NCBI GenBank assembly: GCA_000004985.1
Contig: GG738900.1
Length of the DNA stretch: 64,000 nucleotides
Source: Naegleria gruberi
Lineage: Eukaryota
Reading direction: 5' to 3' (one strand)
Shown here: positions 11,038 to 22,309 of the stretch, in pieces
How positions within the stretch are numbered: the first letter of the stretch is position 1
Layout: every line of letters starts with the position of its first letter
Made by a program: the position numbers and the translations under genes
The notes under the pieces: generated by a model
Database searches by the model: none
Told to the model about the DNA's origin: nothing
Seen by the model: only the letters and a program-made list of their open reading frames with translations

Positions 11038-14037
11038 ATGTCTTCAGGAGGATCTGGTTTCATAGAACAATTGGAGTCAAATCCCTTTTTCAAGAATGGT
11101 GGTGTTTTTGTAACAATTGCTATAAACGTTATTTTACTGGTAATTGTTATGAGCATCTATGTTTGCTGCATTCGATACTGCACAATATTCAATGTGAGAA
11201 AGAAGAAGAGACTCATAGCCAAATGTTTGAAACGAGAGGATGAATTATTTGTGGAACAACAGTCACACACAAGAGATTCTGAAAACAATCACAACAATCA
11301 AGAAGACGAGATTCGTGAAGAATCAAACAGTGAAAGAGAACATCATGAATCAAACAAGGGAAAATCTCTTTCCAAAACAGTTGACCAACATGTAGAAGAT
11401 GACTCTTCCTTTTTCGAAGTTAAAGATTTGAGAGCAAAATATTTAAGCAATCATTGCCTCTCTGATTGGTATTTGAGAAGTGTCTTTTTCTGGAGAATTA
11501 CAAAGAGTTTGATTCAGGCACCTTTTCTAATCATCTATAGAACTCTATTTAATGGAAGAAACAAGTCATGGTTCGGTGCAGCCATCAAGGAGGAAAAGAG
11601 AGTGATTAGAAATTATGGAAGAGATGTTCTGACATATATCAAATTCCATCAGCTTTTATGGTGGGTCTTTACCATTATGTTAGTATTATTCAGTGCCCTG
11701 CTGTATCCAATTCACATAACCAATCAGGGAAATTTGGATCCAGCACAGAAGGAGAAATTTTCCAAGAATGTTACTGGACTAAAGGTTGGATCATCAGATC
11801 AATTTCTTGTCGTTTCTTCAATTAATACAGTGATTGGTAGACCTGATATATTGATTCTACATGTAATTCTATCAGTCATTACGGTTGCTCTCGTTCTTGC
11901 AATGCTTCTTCTCTTCACAAGGGATAAATCATTGAGAGATTATGATTACTGTGGTTGTGATCAAGAGGGAATCTATGGATCCTTCTCTCCTTACTTGCCT
12001 CATTACTTTGGAGCAGAATTTGCCTTGAAAACTCAAAACATGTCCCTTGGAACGCCTCACGAAAATCTCAATTACAAATCCCTATCTCCATTCACATTGG
12101 AAATTCACAACATTCCCAAGCATTATACAAATAAGGCGCTTTTTCACCAATTGATGAAGAAGATATTCAGTCACAATGCAACTGATTTGAATGCTCCAAC
12201 AAATCCACATATTCTCTCATCCTATCATGTTATTAATTTCGCAAAGAGAGAAAAGCTGCAACAGAAATTTGAAACTCAATTGGATAATCTTGAAGGTTAC
12301 AATTGGCAACTTGAAACAAAGAATACGAGACCCAAGAAGAAGTGTTTCTTTCAGAAGCAAGATGATGGCGATTCCAAGAGAAAACTAATTCAGAGCAAAG
12401 ATGCAATCGTCTTTACAAAAGAGAAAATTAGAAACTTGAATACAGAAATTGAAGATTTAGAGGAAGAATTAACACTTTCCAGTAATTATCCAAACAGAAT
12501 TAGTAGTTCCATTCAGGGAAGTGGCATTGGTTATGTGGTCTTCTCTTCTAGAAGTTCAATCGTTTATGCTCTCAAGAAGTTTACAAAATTGGGAACATTC
12601 AAAGTTTACAAAATGAAGGAAACTGATGATAATGGACAAGAGATTGAAAAATTGTTCACTCCTGCAGAAAGAAACCAACTTCCAATAGATGCCAAAGTAA
12701 CATGCATTAGAATGAGGGCCACTAATACCAATTATGAGCAAAGAGATTGCTTCTGGACTACTCTCTATACAATGTATCAACATTCATGGATCAAGCCAGT
12801 TATTTTGAAAATTACAATCTTTATCGTTATTCTGATCATATTTGTATTTTTCACAACACCCGTAGTTATTGTTTCATCCATTGATACCTTTTTTGCAATT
12901 CCACCAGTTACAGAGACTATTAAGAAGATTGTTGAAGTTGGTGGTCCAATGATGTCTGTTATATTCCAGTATATTCCCTCATTATTGTTGGTGGCAAGCT
13001 CTGCTTTGATTCCAGTATTCATTTACCAGTTGACCAAACTTGAGGATATGAAAACATTCAGTGAGTTTAGTAGAACTATTCTCAGAAGAATAACAATATT
13101 CCTCTGGCTCAACGTGTTCATTCTACCAACTCTAGTTTTAACAACTTTGGATGGCATAACAAACTTTTTCACAAATCCAGACAGTTTGGCAAATGTCTTT
13201 AAGAATTTATTCATGTCTGACAATGGCTCTCTGTTCATCAACTTTATATTGAATAAGACACTATATGGGCTGGCATTTACTTTAATGCCTCTCTTATCAT
13301 TGATTCTCTATTCGGTTTTCACATTGTGTACCAGCAGTGTCAGTAAGAAACTCAGAATAAGCAGAAGTATGAAACCAAAAGACAAATTGAAATGGGCCGA
13401 AGGAGATTCATTCTCTCTCGAGTATTCCTATGCCTATTCGATCCTTATTATGGCTATTGTTTTCACCTTTAGTTTATTTTCACCATTTATCTTACTGGTG
13501 ACCTTTATTTATTTCACTCTGAGGTATTATGTTGAGAGATTCACCATTGGAAGAATTTATTCACATAGACTCCTTCAGCATCATCACAAGAAGAAGAGGC
13601 ATCTCATCACAAGTCAGGGATACTATCTCAGTGACAGTGCAGACCAAACTATTTCTCCTGCAGTTGTGAGACATAGTTTTGGATGCTTGTTTGGATTCAA
13701 AACAGATTACGTTGCTCACAGAAGATCCATGCTCTTGATTTCCAAATTGTGTATTGTTGCCCTTATTATGTTTACAGTGTATTGCATGCTATTCTTTGCA
13801 TTCAAAACTCCTGAAAGTCAATACTTTATTTTCCATGTTACTATTGAGGCAATTTTAACCTTATTCCTTCTTATTGTGTTCTTTGCTATCGAAATTAAAA
13901 TGACAAGAGACATTAGAACATTGAACAAGCAACCTTTAATAGTTAATGAGGAAAGTGCTAGCAAGAAAACCTTGTATGAACCAAGCAATTATTGGAATTA
14001 CAAGAAAATGTTCAATGACACTGTAACCAACTTATAA
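11038..14037 (+). CDS. OSCA/TMEM63/CSC1-like (DUF221) calcium-permeable stress-gated cation channel, 999 aa, single exon.
   Basis: The predicted topology has three N-terminal TM helices, a roughly 300-aa cytosolic domain containing the RRM-like motif SGIGYVVFSSRSSIVYALKKF, and eight C-terminal TM helices. The region YAYSILIMAIVFTFSLFSPFILLVTFIYFTLRYYVERF is characteristic of the RSN1_7TM region. Confidence 0.55.
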   Translation: MSSGGSGFIEQLESNPFFKNGGVFVTIAINVILLVIVMSIYVCCIRYCTIFNVRKKKRLIAKCLKREDELFVEQQSHTRDSENNHNNQEDEIREESNSEREHHESNKGKSLSKTVDQHVEDDSSFFEVKDLRAKYLSNHCLSDWYLRSVFFWRITKSLIQAPFLIIYRTLFNGRNKSWFGAAIKEEKRVIRNYGRDVLTYIKFHQLLWWVFTIMLVLFSALLYPIHITNQGNLDPAQKEKFSKNVTGLKVGSSDQFLVVSSINTVIGRPDILILHVILSVITVALVLAMLLLFTRDKSLRDYDYCGCDQEGIYGSFSPYLPHYFGAEFALKTQNMSLGTPHENLNYKSLSPFTLEIHNIPKHYTNKALFHQLMKKIFSHNATDLNAPTNPHILSSYHVINFAKREKLQQKFETQLDNLEGYNWQLETKNTRPKKKCFFQKQDDGDSKRKLIQSKDAIVFTKEKIRNLNTEIEDLEEELTLSSNYPNRISSSIQGSGIGYVVFSSRSSIVYALKKFTKLGTFKVYKMKETDDNGQEIEKLFTPAERNQLPIDAKVTCIRMRATNTNYEQRDCFWTTLYTMYQHSWIKPVILKITIFIVILIIFVFFTTPVVIVSSIDTFFAIPPVTETIKKIVEVGGPMMSVIFQYIPSLLLVASSALIPVFIYQLTKLEDMKTFSEFSRTILRRITIFLWLNVFILPTLVLTTLDGITNFFTNPDSLANVFKNLFMSDNGSLFINFILNKTLYGLAFTLMPLLSLILYSVFTLCTSSVSKKLRISRSMKPKDKLKWAEGDSFSLEYSYAYSILIMAIVFTFSLFSPFILLVTFIYFTLRYYVERFTIGRIYSHRLLQHHHKKKRHLITSQGYYLSDSADQTISPAVVRHSFGCLFGFKTDYVAHRRSMLLISKLCIVALIMFTVYCMLFFAFKTPESQYFIFHVTIEAILTLFLLIVFFAIEIKMTRDIRTLNKQPLIVNEESASKKTLYEPSNYWNYKKMFNDTVTNL

Positions 14038-14042
14038 TAAAT

Positions 14043-15180
14043 TTATCTTAAATCTACAATTTTTGAAAATTCATCATTATCTGCTTTTGTCATTTGAACA
14101 TGATAGCAATCCTCAAACCAGACACTGTCTGTTGCTTCGTGATTATTTCCCCAGTCTATGTTCTTTCTGAATTGACCACGTATCTTTTCCATTCCATTAA
14201 TCGACTTGTCTTTTGAGAAATTATCCTTAATTCTGAAAATTCCTAATTTCTTGTTAGCTCTTGGAGCTAGAACCACTCCTATTGCCTCTGGTAAGCTACA
14301 TTGATATCCATATTGAGTTTTCAAATCTACTGTTGACAGGAAACAATCTTGAGTTGGATGTGTATGGATCCAGCCCAGAGTTACCAAGCCCAGCAACTCT
14401 TGTCTATTGAAAACAGTAATTTCATTCAGTGCTCTGCAACTATCCTCTGTACAATCTTGCTTTGGAATAAAGCAATGAGTTACTTGGAAAGATTTTTCCT
14501 TACTAGTTCCAACTAGAAAACCAGAAAGAATTCCACAAAATTCCAAATTATTTGCCGTATTATTTCTAGCTGCCTGATTAAATTTCTCGATCAGTTTCAT
14601 ATCAATTTTTACATTAATTAAAGTTGTCTGTACATTAATTGGTTCATTCTTTGATCCTGCTGGCAAAGAATTTTTAGGAATAGCATTGTCAACCTTTAGC
14701 CCTTCGTATTCATCTACTTCTTTCTGTTTAATTTCCGAAACACTCAATGACACAATTCCATTCCTCTCTTGATCCAACAAATTCTTCTTAATCACCTCAC
14801 ATTGATCCATTGCATACGAAGCCAATTTCTTCAAATTACTAAACCTGGTTGAATACGGCTGTTCACTCGCCAACTTGTCCTTCTTTAATATATTTACAAA
14901 AAGCAATACAAATCTACAATATAATATAAAAGCCTCCTCTAACAATCCATCCTTATGAAAATGATTCGCCTTTGTTAATATTCAATTATTCATTTGATTG
15001 CCAATTAATCTTCCCTTTAGCAATTTTGATCAAAATTCAAAAACCTACTGATGAATAAATTTCCTCTCCAGCCTTCAAATAGGAGCCATACGTTCGGGAT
15101 GGATCAGCCTGTTTGACAAACTTAATCTCTGCCTTATCCATCAATTTTTGAAAGTATTCATGTCCTCCGAGATTATTCAT
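14043..15180 (-). CDS. AMSH/STAMBP-like JAMM (MPN+) metalloprotease deubiquitinase. Exon 2 is 14043..14969. The putative exon 1 is 15048..15180 and contains an apparent 1-nt frame disruption near 15120-15121.
   Basis: The catalytic core GWIHTHPTQDCFLSTVDLKTQYGYQCSLPEAIGVVLAP (HxHx7S...D JAMM motif) and the C-terminal ...DLR match AMSH. LLEEAFILYCRFVLLFVNILKK matches the AMSH N-terminal helix [20 protein letters not shown]. Exon 1 begins at an ATG (MNNLGGHEYFQKLMDKAEIK) and continues in the +1 frame (FVKQADPSRTYGSYLKAGEEIYSS) to a GTAGGT donor. Its length of 133 nt (3n+1) fits a single-base insertion. Confidence 0.7.
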
Positions 15181-15383
15181 TTTCTTCTATTTATAAAATC
15201 AAAACAATGAAAAAATTGAGAGAGTTTGATGTTGTTCTATTTTTTTCTATTTGATTTTTCCTTTTCCCTCCAAATTTAAATTCGAATAGAATGGAAAGGA
15301 ATTAGGATGGAGGAGGAAGGAAATATTTCGATGGACTTGGAGTGAACATTATTTAATAAATACAGTATTTCATTATGGTACAA

Positions 15384-17234
15384 TTAGAATCTGCTGACAT
15401 CTCTGCCAAAGATTGCTGTTTTCACCCAATCAGAAGCGAGTGAAAATCTATTCTTCCAAGAAACTTGCTTGGAAAGATAGGCAGCTCTGTATAAATAGAA
15501 AGCTTGCCAACTGGTTACGGTAGTTCCAGAAAGGTCAGCAACTGCATGGTTGTTGCCAATGTAGGCGAATGAGCCCAAATTCTTATAAGTAAATGGTGGT
15601 ACATAGGTAATTCCCTTTTCAATGTCATTAAGGCAATTGCCAAGATAACTTCCTTGCTTGGAGGCGACTTGTGCTGTTTGTGGTAGTGGAGCATAGTATT
15701 CATTGTCAATTCTTTGGATGAGAGATTTGAATTCATCTTTGGAAAGAACATTATCTCCATTCACATCTGCTTGTGTGAAAAGCTTTTTGAGTTTTTGATT
15801 GATTGTGGCAAAGTTTGGATATTCCTTTTCTTTTGCCTTGATTAATGATTCCATTTCTGTAAATGATATAACTCCATCCTTATTGATATCAGCTTGTTCA
15901 AAGAATGACTCGTATTTTTGAACAAGTTTAGGTTGGTCAATTTTAGAACAATCTCCAATAGCATAAACATTATTCAATCCAACAACTTGTAAATGAGCAT
16001 CAACAACGAGTGATTTTTCATTCTTTTGCTTGTAAATATTTTCTGCCAATTTTTTAACAAGTGGAACTTGAGCAACACCAGTCGTCCAGATACAAACTCC
16101 AAAAGGTAATGATACTGGTTCACTCTTCTTTTGTTGATCCTTAAATACGACAACTAGATCATTTTCTCTCACTTCCACAACTCTTGCATTAGTTTTCAAA
16201 TCAACATTATTGAATATAAATTCCTTTTCGCACATTTCACTAATTTTACAATCATAGGTATTTAAAATATGATCTGAGCTATGAATAACTGTAATCTTGA
16301 GTTTTTCAACAATATCCTTTGGAAATAATTTGGAAATATCTTCCTTTACAAAGTCAACCAAGTAACCAAGTGTCTCAATTCCAGCATGTCCTCCTCCCAC
16401 AACTTGAAGAAGTCAATAAAATGTAAAGAAATGTAGAAACTTACCAACTACACTGAGTGCCTTTTGTCTTTCTTCATCTGTCAAGTTTGGCATGCAAGCT
16501 GATTCCAAAACATCCAAAAGTTTCTCTCTAATCTTGACTGCGTGTTCTGGTTGTTTCATTGGAACACTGTATTGATCAACACCTTTCACACCAAAACTAT
16601 TTGGTTGACTTCCAACAGCAATTACCAACTTATCATATTTCAATTCAAAATCATTAGCAATATCACTTCCATTCTGATGATGAATTACATAATTTGAAAT
16701 ATCCTTGCATTTGATCACACCCCTCTCATAATCAACATCATAACATTCAGCTTCATAATACTCAATCAGAGATTTATCCTTTCTTACTCTATTAATCACA
16801 CTTCTGATTGGTTCTGTAATACTTTGCATGGAAACAGTTCCTGCAAGAGCTGCTGGAAGCATTGGAGTAAAAAGGAAATAATTCCTAGGACTAACTACAT
16901 AAACATCATACAAATCCAAATCAATGGATTGAATCAGACCCACTGATGCCCAACCACTTCCAAGAATTACTAATTTCTTCTTTGGTTGATAGGGAGAGTT
17001 ATTAGTTGGTGATGATTTTTCTTCTGCTTGAATAATTAGATTATTAGCTAATACTGATCGGTGATGTTGATCAACATCATGATTGTCTTCATTGGGAGCA
17101 AATTTAACTTGATTGTTGTTGTTGTTGAGAAGGAAATAGGCAGAGGTTGTGATGGTTGCTGCTGCTGTGGTTAGGAGTAACTTTTTCTTGTTGATTATTG
17201 CCTTGGCTGAGAGTATTCTGAAGAGACTCTGCAT
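15384..17234 (-). CDS. Type II (alternative, rotenone-insensitive) NAD(P)H dehydrogenase with a Ca-binding EF-hand insert, likely mitochondrial and external-facing. Exons are 16445..17234 and 15384..16402 (intron 16403..16444, 42 nt).
   Basis: The N-terminus is a presequence-like region. The first dinucleotide fold is ILGSGWASVGL...YDVYVVSPRNYFLFTPMLP. The second is VVVVGGGHAGIE and is reconstituted only after splicing, which joins ...ALSVV to VVGGGHAGIE. EF-hands are present (DINKDGVISFTE, DVNGDNVLSKDE). The overall architecture resembles plant NDB and fungal NDE enzymes. Confidence 0.85.
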
Positions 17235-17393
17235 TGTGTGATTAGTGTTGATATTTGTTTTTGTTTGATTAATATTAATATGGATTGATGTTTTCTGGTT
17301 TGAGAATCTTTTTTTATGAACTTGTGAAAAGTTTGCAACAATTCTTTAACTAAAAAGCATTTTGCTCGTTTTTGACAAGGTGGTTATTGTGGA

Positions 17394-18428
17394 TTATTGT
17401 TTGGTTTCTTCTTCTTTCTTTTCGTCTTGTTTTTGGGTGGTTGATTGTTTGGCTTTTTGCAAGTTTTCATAGTGGAGAGCATATCGTTGACCTGGCTTGT
17501 ATTTGATATCGATTGGTTTCATCTTTCCACATTGTGGATGAACACACATCCACAAATTACTTTCCACAGCAGTTCTCCAAACAAATTCCTCAATGGATGG
17601 AGCTTGGAATTGTAAATCATCCAATTTAACTACTTGTGAATCATCATCTTCCAAATCAGCAATGCTTATTCCAGTGACAACAATTGGATTTTCAAAACAT
17701 CCTGGCATATTGTTGAATTCTTCCTTAGAGGCCTTTCTATCAAAGAGTGCAAACCATGTCAAACAAGATTGTTGATCATTGAAGAATGGAACGAGACAGA
17801 ATTCATGTTTTGGAGAGTAGGATGAGAGTGGAATTGGTTTCATCAAACTAAAGTAACAAGCAGTTGGAGATTCAATATCTGATGTCAAAAAGTGGAAGTA
17901 AACATCATTGAATAGTACCTTAAGAACTGGTGGGAGCAAATCAACATCGGATTGAGTATAGGTCGGATCAATTTGTGTCAAGCCAAACTTTTCTCTCTTA
18001 TTGTTCTTTCTCTTTTCATTGCCTCTTAATTGTTTAAATTCTTCAATTTGTTCCTTCATTGATTTTAATTTCCATTCCCAAGTACCATCAAATGATGGTT
18101 GTTTAAATTGACATTCATCACCTTCTTCACTCTTGTAAATATCCTCAATTTTAGGTAATTCATCATAGGAAAAACATTCATAGGTTGTATATTCACCAAC
18201 TCCAGGTCTAATCGGTGGCATTGGAGTAAAATACCAACTCTTTACTAGACTATCAATGTGATTCTTTAAACTTTGTTCCATGTTGGAGGATGAAGTGGCC
18301 TTCTTTGATTGACTTTCCGAAGAGTCTTCTTCTTTGGAATTTTCAACTTGATCATTACTTCTCTTCCCAAGAACTGATGCTTCTTGTTGTTCACTTGATG
18401 ATGATGATGATGCTGATGGTGGTGACAT
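17394..18428 (-). CDS. Conserved-looking hypothetical protein, 344 aa, with an acidic S-rich N-terminus, a globular core and a basic K/E-rich C-terminus. No family assigned.
   Basis: A clean ATG-to-stop ORF with non-repetitive, hydrophobic-core-like sequence (WYFTPMPPIRPG..., CYFSLMKPIPL..., CLTWFALFDRK...). I could not match it to a named family from memory. Confidence 0.5.
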   Translation of the reverse strand: MSPPSASSSSSSEQQEASVLGKRSNDQVENSKEEDSSESQSKKATSSSNMEQSLKNHIDSLVKSWYFTPMPPIRPGVGEYTTYECFSYDELPKIEDIYKSEEGDECQFKQPSFDGTWEWKLKSMKEQIEEFKQLRGNEKRKNNKREKFGLTQIDPTYTQSDVDLLPPVLKVLFNDVYFHFLTSDIESPTACYFSLMKPIPLSSYSPKHEFCLVPFFNDQQSCLTWFALFDRKASKEEFNNMPGCFENPIVVTGISIADLEDDDSQVVKLDDLQFQAPSIEEFVWRTAVESNLWMCVHPQCGKMKPIDIKYKPGQRYALHYENLQKAKQSTTQKQDEKKEEETKQ

Positions 18429-18654
18429 ATTTTTTATTCTAATTGAAACACAGTTTGAGAGTTTTTATTTTAAATCATTCAACGGTTTCAAACATGAAAA
18501 AGGCGCCAATACGCAAAAATTTTGTATTCCACCCAAACCAAAGTTTCAAAGAGTAGCTGGCTACTCTTCTATTACAACAAAAGCAACACAGAAGGCTACA
18601 TAAGGCAATAAATACGAATAAATATTATGAATACCATAAAATCAAAAGTTGATA

Positions 18655-18735
18655 CGCAGACTGCAGGATTCGAACCTACGAAGGTTTCCCCAACAGATTT
18701 CAAGTCTGTCGCCTTAACCACTCGGCCAAGTCTGC
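18655..18735 (-). tRNA. tRNA-Ser (anticodon UGA), class II with a long variable arm.
   Basis: Reverse complement reads GCAGACU-UG-GCC-GAGUGGUUAA-GGC-G-ACAGA-CUUGAAA-UCUGU-(long variable arm UGGGGAAACCUUCGUA)-GCAGG-UUCGAAU-CCUGC-AGUCUGC-G. The anticodon is UGA in a 7-nt loop with U33 and A37. The D-stem is 3 bp, as expected for Ser, with discriminator G. Confidence 0.85.
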
Positions 18736-18959
18736 TTCATGGCTATTTTTAAAATTACCAATCATATACAGCACACAATTAATTTTTAAAAATAGGTCTA
18801 ACGCTTTTGGTTACCGTTGAAAAAATTCATCAAAAAAACAAGTCAATGACATTTATGGTCCTATTCAACCAAACGTCAATACCGCTGCTCTTCACGCAGA
18901 TGTTAATGTTCCATTGAACTATTAGCCACCTAACCACATCATTTCTTTTTAAAAACAAA

Positions 18960-21045
18960 ATGCCTCTCTTCTCAAGTAAAACTCCCTTCAAGATTGAAAA
19001 GATTGACCTCACCACAACACTCAGTCTCAAACAGTGGTCAAGTGAGAATTTGAAACAGTGGTTGTTGGATGCTGGTTACGATAAAAAGACAGTTGTTGAT
19101 CGTATGTTATTGTTATTGTTTTTACTGTTTTATATTCCTATTATTATTAACCGTTTGTTTGCTTGGACGAAACTTATTCTAAACTATTTAGCAATTTATA
19201 AACAACAATTTGATGGATCGGCCATTATTATTATCAAACCAGAGGATTTGCTAGACATTGGTATTCCAAGAGGAGCTACTCTTTCTTTACTGTCAAAAGT
19301 CAAAGATTTAGTAGACCAACAGGTACAACTTGGTTTGATTCAGGATAGTAATATGGCAACTGGTTTGCAATTATCTAAGAGCCCTCGTGCTGGAGTTGCT
19401 CATTCACCTCGAACAAATGTTTCACCTAGAAATTCGAATAATAATTCGAATAGTGTTGGAGCACCACTAACAACACATACAACAACAAGTACATCGGTTT
19501 CTCCAAGAAATAATAGTAACAACAACAATAGTAATCATCAATTACTTCCTCCAACAACTCCACATCAGCATCAAGGAGATTCGAATAATAATAAGAAACC
19601 ACCTCTCCTACCACGTAAGTCAGAGGCAACTCTTTTACTCCAAGCAAAAGTTGTGCAGAAACAACACGAAGACGAACCAGAAAACCAGGAGGAAGCTTCC
19701 ACTTTGTCTGTTTCCACAGTTTCTTCCAATTTTCATGAAGAAACAGAAGAAGAAACAGATAAATTGGAAGATGAATTAGCATTTGATATTGAACATGGTC
19801 TAAAGATTAGTAAAACAGATAGAGATATTGGATGTGTATCGAATTTATCAAATGTTATTGATCCAATTCACATTGTTGATGTGGAAATGTGGAATTTGGA
19901 CGAATTGAGTGATCAAAAGAAAGAACGTGAGTTTTATTTGATTGAATTTGTAACAATTTTCATATTAGAATTCAAGTATTGTTTTGAAAAATTGAAGAGT
20001 ATGGTAAAAAGTCATGGAGAAAAGTCAACTAGTACAGTTTGTCAAAATTTATCATTTTCTGAAAGATTCAGATATAAATATTTGAATAGTATGTGTGCTC
20101 CTCGATATGATCATGGTTCCAATAAGGTAGAACCTTTCATGAAGGTCAAAATAATCATTACAGAAATGGATGATAGCTCCCTCCACAGATTTATCAGAAG
20201 ATTCGGCTCCATTCTCAATAATCCATCCATTCAAAAGATGAAATTTGGAATGGTATGTTTTAATTTCTTGTTCATTCTTTGAAAATCATGCATTTTAAAC
20301 ACAGTTTCATGCAGCTCTCATTATTGGACCTTGGTATTTGGAATGGGGAAATAGCTCGATAGCAGTTGTGAGAAATCGATCGAGTTCAAAGGCAGTTTTT
20401 GCAATGGATGTTGGGAAAATTGAGGGTGAAATTGAGGTTTCCAAGGCCATTGATAAACTGGCAGCCATTTGTACCTATTACAACACTAGAAAATATTACG
20501 ATAATAGGAAGTGCAATTGTCAACATTTTGTGGAGGCAGTTCTTGATCATTTGGGTTTAAAGAATGAATTTGAGGAGAAATTAGAGGGACCATTAAGGAA
20601 ATATGTGGAATTATTGAAAAAGGAGGGAGTTTGTGAAATGAGCTATCGAATAGATTCTGCCATTAGAGATTTAATTCTCCAAGATTCAGAAGTGAGTGAG
20701 GAATTGAAACTTCTAGTCAATCAAAAGTACATTCTCTTCAATAATCACAGAATTTTGGATGAATTCGTCAATTCCATCCAGAAGAAAAGCAAACTCTACT
20801 TTTCAGGCAGTGGCGAGTACGATTATCAATTATTGAAAGCATTTGACAGAGCATTCTGGCTTCAAACTCAATCCTCTAAACAATTAGATCCCACCATCTC
20901 ACAACCACTCACTCGCAACAACATTTGCATGTGTCCTTTCAATAAGGATCACACTGAAATGGATTTAGTCAACAATACCATTGTTGGCATTGATTATGAA
21001 TTTGGAAATTTAAAAGCTGCCATTCCAATTCTTCGTAAACAGTAA
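18960..21045 (+). CDS. SAM (sterile alpha motif) domain protein, about 636 aa, with three exons: 18960..19101, 19192..20252 and 20305..21045. The middle is low-complexity N/S/T-rich and the C-terminal region is globular.
   Basis: An N-terminal SAM-like sequence is split by intron 1 (GTATGT...TTTAG, phase 1): LKQWSSENLKQWLLDAGYDKKTVVD / PIYKQQFDGSAIIIIKPEDLLDIGIPRGATLSLLSKVKDL. Intron 2 (GTATGT at 20253, ACAG acceptor at 20304, 52 nt, phase 0) joins the two long ORFs into one frame (…QKMKFGM / FHAALIIGPWYLEWGNSS…). Both downstream ORFs start at non-ATG codons, which supports splicing rather than separate genes. Confidence 0.55.
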
Positions 21046-21118
21046 ATTTATTGATTAAATTATAATATTTTGAATAGTTAAACATTTGTCCAAAAATTAG
21101 TAACATTCAAACTTTACA

Positions 21119-22294
21119 ATGAAAGTTAGTACTCGCTCAATTGAAATGTGTGAAAAAGTTGTGAAAAAACCTGCAAAAAAAATGGCATCGCTCGTTTTTA
21201 CCAACGACCCTGCTTCCTATCAACAACAACAGCAACAACAATCGACCACCACCACTCTTAAAACAACACTCTCGGAAGGACCAACAACTACCACTTCCTA
21301 TTATGGAAATAATCACAATCTTGAATCAGTAGCGTTGGATGATGATGAACAAAACAATCATTATTCTTCTTCAAATGATCCGATATATGGTCTTAGAGCA
21401 TCATCAATGAATGGAATTAGAATTGGAAAATATATTTGTTGTCCATCGAGTAGTTCATTCATGAGTTTCATTTCAGTGTTGATATTTGCATTGTGGATTA
21501 TTCCGTACATGTTGATTATTGCCTTGTTGATTGTTTGTGGAATTGATACAAAGGTGACGACTGCAATTTCATATTGTGGAACACATCAACATCATTTGAG
21601 ACCAATGTTTGTGGCTACGTTTTGTATTAATGGAGTTTTGTTTTCGATTGTGTTTGTGATAAGGGCTTTGGTTTTGTATGTGAAATGGTTTGGATGGAGA
21701 GAGACCAATAATAATTATAATACCTCTAGATGGAGAAGATTATTAACATGTCAGTTCAGTAATATTAAATTCCCTGGAAGAAGAGAGTTTTTGTCGATTC
21801 CTTTTTGGTTGATCATTGTGCAATTGATTCCAGGAGTTTCTGCTAATATTTTACTTATTATTATGGCTATATATCCTGATGAAAAAGCAACGAGAACAGT
21901 GCATTTTGTCACAGCTTTTTTGGGATTGTTATTCTTGATTATTTATACAGGTTTCTCGTTTATTATTCAAGCATGGCGATTGTTCAGAGCTTGTAGAGGA
22001 AAAACTCAACCATTTCATTTTATAAGACATGTTAATTCATTGACTATTAACAAGAGAAAAATGTACATTTTATCTGTTTCTGGCTTTTCAATTTCAATGA
22101 TTTACCATTTTAGTTGCATGATTGGAGCGATTATTTGTATTCCAATTTATTTAACCAAATTTATTCCAATTGCTGAATGGATTGCAGTGTTATTGATATT
22201 GTTAGGAATGGTACCATTAATGTTTGATAACATGCTGTCAATTAGGGAAGGTCCTGCAACATTGGATGAAAATCCGCAAGCGTTATTAAGATAA
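21119..22294 (+). CDS. Multi-pass membrane protein, 391 aa, about 6-7 TM helices. The family is uncertain and Frag1/DRAM/Sfk1-like is only a weak possibility.
   Basis: A Q/T-rich N-terminus is followed by repeated 20-25-residue hydrophobic helices separated by short basic loops. Confidence 0.45.
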   Translation: MKVSTRSIEMCEKVVKKPAKKMASLVFTNDPASYQQQQQQQSTTTTLKTTLSEGPTTTTSYYGNNHNLESVALDDDEQNNHYSSSNDPIYGLRASSMNGIRIGKYICCPSSSSFMSFISVLIFALWIIPYMLIIALLIVCGIDTKVTTAISYCGTHQHHLRPMFVATFCINGVLFSIVFVIRALVLYVKWFGWRETNNNYNTSRWRRLLTCQFSNIKFPGRREFLSIPFWLIIVQLIPGVSANILLIIMAIYPDEKATRTVHFVTAFLGLLFLIIYTGFSFIIQAWRLFRACRGKTQPFHFIRHVNSLTINKRKMYILSVSGFSISMIYHFSCMIGAIICIPIYLTKFIPIAEWIAVLLILLGMVPLMFDNMLSIREGPATLDENPQALLR

Positions 22295-22309
22295 AAAGTT
22301 ACTGTTTAT

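Noticed and set aside
20253-20337. Treating 18960..20282 and 20338..21045 as two separate genes.
   Set aside because: The second ORF has no ATG (TTG start) and opens immediately after an ACAG acceptor, in phase with a GTATGT donor at 20253. A single spliced gene is more parsimonious, though this is unconfirmed.
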